A DNA stretch of 64,000 nucleotides from Lama glama (lineage: Eukaryota): NCBI GenBank assembly GCA_028534125.1, contig CM052817.1, forward strand, positions 38,690,001 to 38,754,000, read 5' to 3'. The notes under the pieces are model-generated. The model made no database searches and was not told the origin of the DNA. It saw only the letters and a list, made by a program, of their open reading frames with translations. Positions 52,521 to 64,000 of the stretch are shown here, piece after piece. Numbering within the stretch: position 1 is the stretch's first letter; each line of letters opens with the position of its first letter. Both the position numbers and the translations under genes were made by a program.

Positions 52521-53724
52521 AAAATTTGCATTTTAGTATTTAATTTTAGCATTCCAACATTTTAATAATCCAGACATACCTCTTTTGAATGTTGACACAC
52601 CACCCATTTCCACTTTCTGCAGATGGAGCTTGATTCACACTCTGATCTCTATGCCTGTCTTTACGTAAGATGTATATAGAAAGCACAGGTGCAAATGCTT
52701 GTATTTTATTTAAAACTAAACAGACCTAGGTACAGAGAAGTTACATTACAGGAAATAAATTTTATGGTTCAGATTTTCTAACTTTGGCTTTCAATGAATG
52801 ATCTTTTACTAAGAAAACATTTTGTGTAATTAATAACATTTAACTATGGGAGAGTACAAGCTAGTTTTACTGTTTATTTAATCTTTTTAATGCACAATAA
52901 CCATTCTGAAAATACCCGAGTACAGAGGCCTCTAATAATTTCTTTCACATTATTGTTACTTACTAAATATTCAATAGAGTTAAGATACTTGCATGTAAAA
53001 TTTAATATCAACATGTCTGGTTATTTAAATTTCACAGCACTTTATCTGTGTATTTTATGACAGAAGTCAGCAGTTATAAATGTTTAAGTCACTGAGAATA
53101 AATAGATATACTAGACTATCCTAAATTTATTTTGCTGGAGAAAATTATACTGAAAAATTACAACTTAGATTGAAGTTATCAAAACTCCTTCTATAAGATG
53201 TACCTTCACTGTATAGGTTATACAGAACTTTTTAAATAAGTGAAATCCAAGAATATTTTACTGAGCAGTTCAAGGCTTCATTTTATTTAATATTATAGAA
53301 AAAATATTAAATGAACTCTTCTAATTTATAGGCTCTAGCTTGAGTATTCCACAGTTAACTCTTTCTGTGAGTTAATGTAAAAATAGCTCAGCAATGTACT
53401 TCCTATTTTGGACTTTGTTTCATTTGGCTGATCAATTTGATTGTGACACTGGGAAAAAATTTAGTTACAGTAGTGTAATTTTTTGTAATGAGAGATTTAA
53501 TGCAGCTAAATTAATCTTCCTCATATGTCTGCCTAACTTTGTACCATCTATAACATGGATAATAACTATATAACCTAGCACCTTTGAGAATCCAGTGACA
53601 TCATGTCTATGAAAGCAAGGTTAACTAGAAAGGATGCTATCCTCAGAGTCAGAATTCAGGTGATCGTGAGTGACCTAACCTTGACATTATCAGTTTCTTT
53701 TTCAGAAACATCAGTGCCCTTTGC

Positions 53725-55260
53725 CCTGGCAACCACTGATGGGCTTTGATTTAGCTCTTTGTAAAATTTCATAAACTAGACTCATATAGTATGTAGTTTC
53801 TTGTATCTGGCTTTTTTCACTTTCAAGATTCATCCATGTTATTGCATGTATCTGAAGTTTGTTTCTTCTTAATGCTGTATAGAATTTCATTGTTTAGATA
53901 TCCTGAAATTTGTTTATCTGCTCACCAGTTGTTTAACTAGCGTGAATAAAGCTACTCAGAACATTGATATAAAACAAGTCTTTGTGTGGACATATGTTTT
54001 CATTTCTTTGGGGTAAATACCAAGCAGTAGAATTGCTGACTCATATGCTAAATATATGTTAAACTTTATAAGAAGCTGCCAAATGTATTTTCTAAAGTGG
54101 CTGTCCCATTTTTGCATTTGCATCAGCAATGTATGAAAGTTTGCTTTACATCCTCAGAAACACTTAAGTGGTGTTAATATTTAATTTTAAATACTCGAGT
54201 AAGTGTATAATAGTATCTAACTGTGTTTTTTAATGTTCATTTTTCTGAATTATTTCAAGCATCTTTTCATGTGCTTATTTTCTGTCTGTATCTCTACTTT
54301 GTGTCAAATCTCTGTGCCCAATGCTTGATGGGGTTGTTTGTTTTATTGGAATTTTAAGAGTTCTTTCACTATTCTAGATAAGTCCTTTGTAAGATATGTA
54401 TACATTTTGTAAATGTATTCTCCTAGTCTTGATGTGCCTTTTCTTTTCTTGGTAGTATCTGTTGAAGAACAGAAGTTTTTAATTTTGATGAAGTCCAGTT
54501 TATCACTTTTAAAGTATTTTGTGGGTTTTGGCCCATATTGAAGAAATCTTACTTAACCCCAATTCACTAAGATCTTCTCTTGTTTTCTTATAGCAGTTTT
54601 ATATCTTAACTCTTACAGTAAGTTCTATGATACAGTTTAAGTTAGTTTTTGTATATAGTAGAAAGTAAAGTTTGTTGGGTTTTTCTTTTCAATATGGATA
54701 TCCACATGTGCTAGAGCCCTTTGTTGAAAAGACCATGTGTCACTGTGTATCTGAGACTTTTTGCAGTTATACTTCATTAATTAATGTGTCTAACTTTAAA
54801 CCAATACTACATGGTCTTGATTACTTTATCTTTAAAGTAAGTCTTGAAATAGTCATTTAAGTTGTCCAATTTTGTTCTTCCTTTTCAAAACTATTTTGGA
54901 TATTCTAGGTCCTTGGAACTTCTGTATAAATTTAATAATCTTCATGTCAATCATTGAAAACAAAAAAATCCTGCTGAGATACTGAGTGGAAGTACATTGA
55001 ACCTGTAGATCAGTTTGGGGAGAATTGACATCGTAACAATATTGAATCCTCCAATTCATGAGTTCCATTTACTTAGGTCTTACTATTTTCTCTCGATAAT
55101 GTTTTAATAGTGTCCATTGTGTAGAACTTTCAGTTCCTTTGTTAAATTTGTTCTTAAGTATTTTATTCTTTTTGATACTGTTAGTGAATAAAATTGTTTT
55201 CTTAATCTGTTTTGGATTGCTTCTTGCTTGTCTATAGAAATGCAAAAGATGATGGACTGT
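53725..55260 (-). mobile_element. Old L1M ORF2 3' part and 3'UTR
   Basis: Minus-strand peptides FIQKFQGPRISKIVLKRKNKIG and VSKRIKYLRTNLTKELKVL are L1 ORF2-like. Confidence 0.85.
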
Positions 55261-56797
55261 TGTACAGGAATGGAGATTAGGAAATACAGTTGTGATGATG
55301 CCATGTTTAGCACTGATAGAACGAGGCAGTGAGAGTCCTCTACAGATTTTAACTCTTTGGTCTGGACTGTTTATAAGTTAAAGCTGTGTATGTTCTGATA
55401 TATTTGACAGTCTTTATTTTACTTTTTGTCAATTATTTGTTCAGGGTACTTTGGGAAACATTTTCTTTGACTTCACTGATTTCCCTTTCAACATCTATGA
55501 AAAGGAAATTATTGTTATCAAGGAATTTTTACCCATTCATTGATAATTACATTTAAAAGGGAAAACATGAGTATATTTACCTCATGTTGTTGTATACATA
55601 GGTATAGTTTACCTACCTTATTTTTACTGCTGATTTTAGATCAAGTGAAACAGCACAGAAATATAAAATTTAAAAGAAAAGGTAAACTGAGTTAAGTGAA
55701 GCTGGTAAATGTATGTATCTGTATATGTTAAAGGTTGAAAAATGACTTCTGTTTCTGTGTTATATAGCAAAAGCTTTTATAAAACTTTGTATCCTCACTA
55801 GTAGGGAGATTATTCTAAAGAAGGAAGTTAAAGAAAAATGTAGCAATCCTTCTGTTTAATAGCAACTCCATAGTGATTTTTTACCTTAACTGTTCCACAA
55901 ACATCTTTGCAAGGTGGTACTCCATAATTCATAGCTCACCATTGCTTCCAAATTTGTTCACTAAACACAGGGAGTGTTTTTCATGTATTTTTAATAGAGA
56001 ATGTACCTCTTCATAAGAAAAGACCATACCTGTCTTTTTCAGAACTCTTCTGTGACTTCACCTTTATAAACATTTTCTCGTAGTACATTAATTCTCATAA
56101 AACTTTAACCAATATAAAAAGATAATGTGTTTTTCTTTTTTTGTATTTTTGTTCATGCTACTGACTGAAGTGTTGTTCCTCATGAGCTTACTTTGAAGAG
56201 CCTTTATCTGTTCTGGTTCCCTTTATTCTGGATGCAGATGTGTCCAGGCCTGACGTTCAGCTGACTTGCAGGAGTGTAACACTGCAGGTTGTTTATAGTC
56301 AGCCTCCATGCCAACTGGTCACTCACATGTGTAATTCATTTATTATATTCTGTCTTACGCTTCCTAAACATTTATTGGCTCCTCCCTCCTTTACTAGCCC
56401 TACTGCCACTTGGTTGAGGCTCTGTAGATCACTCACCTGGATTATTACCATAGGTGTCTTTGTAACTGTTCACCTTTCTGTTCCTCTGTACTCCTCACGG
56501 CCATTCTCTGCAGTGTTGCATGGAATTCTGAAAATAAGAAAGCTCTGTTCTTTGTTGTGTATGTGTTTATTCTTCTAAACCTTAGAATAATTCTTTTGTT
56601 TCTGCTTTTATGGTCTTGAGAGTAATGGGATCGTGATTGTCATCTTTTAGAATAATTTCCTCACTTTACCCTCATTTCTTTTAGTTATTTCTGTGCTAAA
56701 CAGATGAAAGTCAGTTAATACAAATTTTGATACTTATACAGGGTACATCTGTTTACTTAAAATATTAGAGCATCAAGTATCAGTATTCCTGTCATAT

Positions 56798-56798
56798 A

Positions 56799-56847
<49 letters not shown>
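56798..56847. repeat. Compound (TG)n(TA)n microsatellite
   Basis: Read directly. Other short arrays: (TG)n at 4646-4662 and (TA)n at 49389-49409. Confidence 0.95.
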
Positions 56848-56849
<2 letters not shown>

Positions 56850-58867
56850 CATGCAGTCTTTTAATTATCCTTTAGGTTTAATTATTATTCTCCCTTTCCA
56901 ACTGAACATTGTAGGAACCGAATGGCGATGATAGTCCTCAATAACTACTCCTGATAATACCAGCACTTACAATGCACTTCAAATGCATATGCCGCTAATT
57001 TTGATATTATTACAACTCAGCCATTCTTTTAGATACTTTTTCCTGACAGAAGTCCAAATTACTAGATTCTGTTTAGCTTCATTGTATATAAGGTGTACTA
57101 AATTTGGAAATAATATTACAAACAGAAAATATCTTTTTCTTGATTAGTCGCAGGAAATGATTGAATTTTACGTGCAGTATAAGACTGGTTATTCATTTGG
57201 TTAAAATGCTCTGCTGTTGAAGCTGGTCATGGAGACCAGTTAGTCTTGATGTTCCTCGGTCATTTACTGTGATCAGCTTACTTTAACTATTTGCTAATGG
57301 CCTCTTGATGAATTAGATAACAAGGGGGATTCAGGATGACTCAGAGCAGATTCATTGCTGTAAGTAAAAAGAAATTACTGAGAGCCAAATGTTCTATTGA
57401 CCATTCTAGTGTTACCTTTATTTGCAAGGATTACCACATTCTACTGGCTTTTAATTGTGTGTGTATTTGTACACACTGTGTTTGATTCAGCTCTTTGTGG
57501 TGGATAATTTGTTCTTGGGGTTGGTTGTTAATATGTCTTATCTTTTGCCAGTGACATTACTTAAAACCAGATAATAAAGATGAAACTTGGCAAAATGTCA
57601 ACTTTTCCATGTTACCCTAAATTCAGCTCTTTTTAACTCCTTTATGGCGAGAATTGGTATTGTCACTTAGTTGAAAGATGCAAGTTATTGATTAGAGTTA
57701 TTCTTTAACCTTGTCACCTGTAGTCAGACTTTCACATTTGTATGTTCATCAGTCTATCTAAGCTTGTTCTTTGATTACCTGCAGGTAATAAAAAGTAGAA
57801 ATGTCCTCAGAAAGTACAAGCATACTATTAATAAGGAACTGGAAGTAAAGATTTGGCATGTGTCACACATGGAATAAATTTATATGCTATAAACGAACAG
57901 AAAGTTGAAATCATATATAGACTGAAGATTTTTTAAAATCTTGGCAGTTTTTAGATAACGTACCAGCCAGAATTTCTAAGCAGTCTTTCTAACCCATTTA
58001 ATATTTTTCCTAGTTCTGTATTTATCCTTCCTAAAATCCAGCTTATTCTGTAAGGCTCTATTTTTTGGTCACTCTTGCAAATGCCTGTACTCCTAATGGT
58101 TGTGAACCTGGCGACAATTTTTATAAGTAGATGCTTGTTTTCATTTGCCTCAAATACTTTCTATGTTAATATCTTTATAATTATTGTCACTAATTTGCCT
58201 CTCAAGAGCCAGTGTATACAGATTTTTGTTTTGTCCAGTTTGTGTGTTCAAAAATCAGATATTTATAAATAAAGCTAGTAACTGGCCATAACCTGTTTTA
58301 ACAAATGCATCTGTAAAGAAATTGCACTTTTAACTTGAAAACAAAATAAATTTCCAAATTAAAATTTATGAAAATTCTAGTAATTAAAATGGGACAGCTG
58401 AAACTTAGAGAAGTTTTTTCTCCTCGTGTTTTCCTGGTTCCATTCTTGCTGCTTTCAGGCCTGTTACCTCTTCAGCCTCGAAATCATTTCAGATTGAGAG
58501 GTCACTGGTCTTATAGTCAAGATCAATCTTACAGATAATAAAAAGCTACAGTCCTGCACATTTCCAAACTCTGAAGCATAGGCCTATGTAATACCCTTTA
58601 TTGTTTCTAAAACATGTAATGTTTCAATATATACAATTCTTGAATCAGAATATTCATAAAGCTGCATTAAAAGCTTGATCAGTTTTGTTCTTTATTTTTA
58701 ATTAAATGACTGAAACTGATGAAGAAAAAGAAGACCTTTTGTGAAAACAGGATGTGTTCTCAAATAGTTGATAAATGTTACAATTCATGATCTGTTTAAA
58801 TAGATTAGTTTGCCATGAATAAAATGTCACATAGCACCTACTTTTGTGTTCTTGTTTTCTATTTTAG

Positions 58868-59335
58868 GTCACAGTGTGAGAAACGTCCACGCCTTTGCTG
58901 TTCTTCAGAATGCATTTTTAAAAGCAAAAACCAACTTCCTTGCCCAAATCATTCTTGATGCCATCACAAATATCTACATGGCTGACAATGCCAATTATTT
59001 CATCCTCGAGTCACAGCACACACTGTCACAGTTTGCAGAAAAGATTTCAAAACTCCCGGAAGTACAAAACAAATACTTCGAGATGCTGGAGTTTGTCGTT
59101 TTTAGCTTAAATTATATCCCTTGTAAAGAACTTATTAGTGTTAGCATCCTTTTAAAATCTAGCTCCTCTTATCACTGTAGCATTATTGCAATGAAAACAC
59201 TTCTTAAGTTTACACGACACGACTACATATTTAAAGATGTGTTCAGGGAGGTGGGCCTTCTGGAGGTCATGGTAAACCTTTTGCACAAATATGCTGCCCT
59301 CTTGAAGGATCCAACTCAGGCACTAAATGAACAAG
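58868..59335 (+). CDS. WDFY3: WDFY3 coding exon 8 (GHSVRNVHAFAVLQNAF...DPTQALNEQ)
   Basis: Acceptor ctattttag|GT, donor CAAG|gtaaag. 468 nt, phase 1 to 1. Confidence 0.97.
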
Positions 59336-60251
59336 GTAAAGCATTTTCCATAATTTTACTTTTATTTGACAGAGGGGTTTGGACAGAGTGTTTTGTTCAT
59401 GTTTTGCCTTTCATTTGATTATTGATTTGAATTACTTAGTAATGTGCATTATTGTGACATCCTTGTGAATATTTCTTAGAATTAACTTGTTCATTCAGCC
59501 TCTATTAGGGAATTAGGGAACGGCAGTGGGGGCCGGGACAGGAGGTCAGGGGATAGAAATATGTTTTGGTGGGTGAGAATTTAAGATAAAAACTGAGGAA
59601 AACGTTTATGATCCACATGACTAGTGCCTACTACTTTCTATTTCTAAGAGGGAATTTAAAAAGCTTCTGGAAACAATTAGGGTGTGTCAGTGTCTCAAAA
59701 TGTTTTTGTTAATTACGGAGCGCAAATAAATATATCTTCTTAGTGATATTATTTATACACATGTATTATCATTAGATACCTTAAATTTGGTGTTTTTCAT
59801 CCTTTCTGATAAATCTGATAAAAGCATAGTAGTATTTGGCACTTAGTGTTAAATGTGTTGAATGGGTTAATACAAGTTGAATAGATAGCATTATCCATAA
59901 ACTTTTCTTTCTTTTTGGTGCCTTAGAATCTAGCATTCTCCTTTTGACCTCCTTGATTAGCAAAGCCCCTGTGAGAATGAGAAGGATACACTTTACTTTG
60001 ATTGACATTTTCCTTTCTAATAGTTGTTAGATACCTATAGCTTTCTAGCCACTCCAAAATAAAATTTGTAAACATTGATTTTGACTTTACTTTTGGTAGT
60101 TGGTAGATATGTGTATCATTTTTAAAGGTTGTATTATATCAATTGTTTTAGGGAATATTAAGGAAATTTTTTGTAATTATTAAAACAAAACTGAATCCAG
60201 GAAAAAAATAAGCTTGTAACTTTTGTGATACGGACCTTTTATTTCTCTTAG

Positions 60252-60353
60252 GAGACTCAAGAAATAATAGTTCAATTGAAGACCAAAAACATCTGGCTTT
60301 GTTGGTTATGGAGACCTTGACAGTGCTTCTCCAAGGATCAAACACAAATGCAG
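60252..60353 (+). CDS. WDFY3: WDFY3 coding exon 9 (GDSRNNSSIEDQKHLALLVMETLTVLLQGSNTNA)
   Basis: Acceptor tttctcttag|GA, donor GCAG|gtaata. 102 nt, phase 1 to 1. Confidence 0.96.
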
Positions 60354-62189
60354 GTAATAGAAAAGCTTCTAGCAAATGCTTTTGGAGGTTATTACCTCTG
60401 TATGTCTTCTCTAATGATTCTTGCTCCTGAGATGCTCCTGTTAGTTAAAGAAAAAGCTATTAATTTGATAATGGTACTATCATATCTCTAGAAATGCAGT
60501 ACTTTTGACTTTAAATTTATGAATGACAAAATATATAACATTGTTATTACTTCAAAATATATTCTTATATTTTATTGCTTTTTATAGTGTGCCTTGTATT
60601 TGAAGTATTTTTTCTACTTTTTTATCTATATAGTGCAGACTCTGTCAAATAACTTTGCTTATTTAAATATTTTCTGAAACATTTGCTTCACATGATGATT
60701 TTCTTAATTATTTAGTAATTCAAGTTAGAGTATTATAATGTTACAACATTTGGGAAATACTGAAAAATGATTCTCTAATAAAACTTACCTCTCCCAGGTG
60801 AAAATGGATTCATTAAACTTTTGCTTTATCTTTAATCTCACCTTCTCTTCAGTCCTTTTCTACCTGTCATTAATAGACAGTCCAACTATATTTATGAAAT
60901 ATCACTCTTGCTTTAAAAAGAAATTACTTACTATTTTAGCCAGTGTCAAAAACCTCTCAGTCAACAGTGTCAATACAGCTTGGAAGGAGTAAGTGACACG
61001 GAGGTGAGCTCAGATGAGCAGCTGGGTTCAGATCATACAGAGCTTTTTAGGCCATGCTAAGGAACTTGAATTGTATTTTAAGTGTTATGGGAAGCCAAGA
61101 ATGAATGGATGGATGAATGAATGAATGAACAAATGAACAAATAAACAAGCTAGCAAACACACAAATGCATGCACATTTATTTGCCTGAATACAGAGGAAC
61201 TCAGTATGCAACATATTTAAAATATATTGTGTGTCCCAGACACCAGGCTTGGTGTTGAAGATGGAAAGATAATTCTTGTCCCAAAGGAATTACAACCTGC
61301 TGAGGAAAGATATAGACAGGTAGTTGTATAAATAATTATTGAAATATAGTTTTGGCAAATGCTAAGACAAAGTTGGATGAATTTGGTAGATAAGTCAAAC
61401 AATAGGTATGATGAAGTTTAATGGGGGTGATATTAACAGTTTGTCTGTAGTACCATAATCTCCTTATTTCCACTAATGAGGTTTAGTTGGCTGAGATAGT
61501 CAGAAACATAATAAGGATATACTAACACGAATTTACTTGGCAAATTAGCTTTTGATACGACATGACATAGAGTTACACAGGAAGAGACTGAACAGTTCTA
61601 CTGATGTAGGAGAGTGGAGAGCTTACTCTGTAAGACCAGAAGTCACTTAATCCATCTCCCAGAGTACCAGACATTTTCAGAGTTCTTTTCTTATCGACTA
61701 TCTTTTCCTTGTTACGAAAGATGTTATTACTTGTGAAGTCTCAGGCACATAAAATACTGCTTTGCTCACAGTGAGTAGTCAAAAACCATTAGCCATTATG
61801 ATTATCTGATGGGCACTACCTGGCAACCAGGAAGTAAACATGGCCTTCCATGTGCTAAACCTTAGCACATGACTCACACTCACTTCAAGGTTATAGAATT
61901 CTCATAAAGTTAGCAAATAGAAAGTCACTAAATAACAGTGGCCACTGCCTCAAAATACACTGACATTTATTCATTCAGGAAACATTTACTGAAACACAAA
62001 CCAGAGGGAAATCCAATTTTAATGGGGGACCAAACATATAAACACATAATATTAAGACTGTTTGATGTAAACTGTTGCAGTAATGGCATATGCAAGATAC
62101 TCTAAAGGCATAAAGGATAGAACGATTACTTTGGAGAAAATACTGATTGCTAACTTAGATCACTTGGCCCATATATTTTTTAATACTCG

Positions 62190-62400
62190 GAGACAGTATG
62201 TGAGAAGTGTCATTCGAGGGCAGGAGCACAGGCTGTAGAATGGGGCTATGCAGGCATAAAACCTGCTTGGCTGCTTGCTGCCTGTGTGACCGACCGTGGT
62301 CACGTTACTCAAACCGGTACATCTCATGTGCTCATCTCTACAGGAGGGGATGAGGATTGAATAAATCAATCTATATGAAGCCTTTGGAACAGGACAATGT
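62190..62400 (+). mobile_element. MIR SINE
   Basis: ctgtgtgacc...gttactcaaaccggtacatctcatgtgctcatctctacaggagggg...gaggattgaataaatcaatctatatgaagc. Confidence 0.6.
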
Positions 62401-62927
62401 CTGATGCTTTCTGTCAGAGTTTGTGTTTGTTAGTGTGCTCTACCAACTGAAAAGTTTGGTTCCTTGTAAGTTTTTTCATTGTGGAATCACTTACTCCATT
62501 CTTTTCTTGCCACTATTTTGGAAGCCTTGTTCAGTTTAAAAACATTTATCTGGGATATTGTTCATCTGAAAGCCTTTCACTAAATTGGTTTCACATACTG
62601 TTCAGTAAAGCCCCTACAGAAAAATATTGGTCTCTGGTATCTACCTATGGAATTTCTGAATGTTCTCGCTTTGGAGAATTTGGACATGATGAACATATCA
62701 GGGCATCCCAGCATCAAGAAAATCTAGAGAAAAATTTGTATATGCCTTTACTGACATCCCACAGTGCAATTTTGTATTGTAATTTGAAAGGTGAAACAGT
62801 TGGGTAGTTTTTAATGTGCATTCTTTTGAGTTACTCTTTCTGCAGAAAGATCAGATTTTAATTCATCTGGCCTGTCTCAGAATGTCTTGAGTTAGCCCAT
62901 GTTGTTCTTTTTTCTCCCTCCTTCAAG

Positions 62928-63121
62928 GAATTTTCCGAGAATTTGGAGGTGCAAGATGCGCGCATAATATAGTGAGATACCCTCAGTGTCGGCAGCATGC
63001 CCTGATGATTATCCAGCAGTTGGTGCTCTCGCCAAACGGGGACGATGACATGGGCACTCTCCTGGGGTTGATGCATTCAGCTCCCCCAACAGAATTGCAG
63101 TTGAAGACTGACATTTTAAGA
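62928..63121 (+). CDS. WDFY3: WDFY3 coding exon 10 (GIFREFGGARCAHNIVRYPQC...LQLKTDILR); gene continues beyond the window
   Basis: Acceptor ctccttcaag|GA (AAG type), donor AGA|gtaagt. 194 nt, phase 1 to 0, ending at codon 629. Confidence 0.96.
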
Positions 63122-64000
63122 GTAAGTTTGATAAGTGTGCTGTTTTTACTTTTACTAATAAAATCTGTAGCTATCTTTAAATGACTAAGAACTATTATGA
63201 ACTATTCTTGCAATTTTTCTTCAAGTCTAAAATTATGTCAAAATAATAATAGCAGAAGAGAAGTCAATGTCTTTAACCTGGCCTCCAAGGCCCGCTGGGC
63301 ATCAACTGACTCTTTTCCGTCTGAGTTCCTCTCCTTGGACCCTCACCCCATTCCTGCCAGACATGACAGGAAGTACAGCTGCCTTCTGGAATTGTGTATT
63401 TCTTTAGTAACTTTTGCTTTACTCAATTTGTTATCAATAGTGAAAAGTTTGCGTTCTTTTCTTTATGCTGTTGTATATTTCATCCTGTTTTGAGTGTAAT
63501 GACGGTTTGAATATGTGTTTTCATTTAAAAGCAAGATTCATCGGACCCCAATATATCTGTTAGACAAAAGGAAATCTACATGTGTGTCAATATTGGGGAG
63601 CATTTGTATATTTGAAAGGATTGTTGGGGGGAAAGTGCCTTTAAAAGTGGTTAAGGTTGCCAACTTTTTAAACATGTATTTTCCTCTTTTCTTGATATCT
63701 TTGTAATTGAATTTGTAAAATGTTGGTAGTTAAAGCCAGCAAGAGGTAATGGTCTGACCTGTAATGTTAAGGCAGTGTTGTTCTGGTAAATGACTGTGAG
63801 ACTGGAGGAAGACAGGAGGGGGGTCCTGATGGGCTGCATTTACTGATATCCATGTATCAGTACTCCCACTGTGACCTACTTCAGGCAGCTGATGAGTTAC
63901 TGAACGTGGATTGAGGAGATGTACAGTAGCACTCCATTGTATACTACCTCAAAAGCACTGATAATAGGAAAATATAGAAAATAACTAAGAAGTAATGAGT

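Larger units (their letters stand above)
1..64000 (+). other. WDFY3: WDFY3 (ALFY) transcription unit, partial: presumed 5'UTR intron, first ten coding exons and introns
   Basis: Spliced translation MNMVKRIMGRPRQEECSPQDNALGLMHLRRLF...LQLKTDILR matches the N-terminus of WDFY3 as I recall it. All ten exons are GT-AG and phase-compatible (180+124+110+162+193+187+167+468+102+194 = 1887 nt). No CpG-island promoter is visible, so transcription presumably starts upstream. Confidence 0.95.

Noticed and set aside
59336..59418. Read-through of exon ORFs into introns (also 17035, 42909, 48872, 52153, 63122) suggesting truncated isoforms
   Set aside because: Canonical donors mark where WDFY3 similarity ends. 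The extensions are short chance open frames.
60249..60254. NAGNAG tandem acceptor TAG-GAG at coding exon 9
   Set aside because: GAG is a very poor acceptor and there is no evidence for its use.
1..64000. CRISPR arrays, operons, prophage, or a novel multi-gene system
   Set aside because: The window is a single eukaryotic gene's exon/intron region. I saw no regularly spaced repeats, foreign-composition coding island or second gene.

Overview
Mammalian genomic DNA, most likely a camelid (alpaca/camel/llama), judged from four copies of a tRNA-Ala(AGC)-derived SINE resembling vic-1. The window holds the 5' coding part of WDFY3 (ALFY, the BEACH/WD40/FYVE selective-autophagy scaffold) on the + strand. 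Ten GT-AG coding exons (16855-63121) splice into an uninterrupted 1887-nt frame encoding residues 1-629. The promoter, upstream UTR exons and the rest of the gene lie outside the window. The remainder is AT-rich intron filled with L1, HAL1, L2, MIR, Tigger1, MaLR/ERVL LTRs and simple repeats, plus one 100-N assembly gap. I found no convincing novel gene or system. The observations most worth checking are inverted L1 pairs that could form dsRNA and bracket a stop-free 396-nt three-exon block, a possible poison splice acceptor, a candidate enhancer, a candidate UTR exon, and nested insertions with readable target-site duplications (TSDs). Repeat family names were assigned by eye from remembered consensus sequences, and old-repeat boundaries are approximate.
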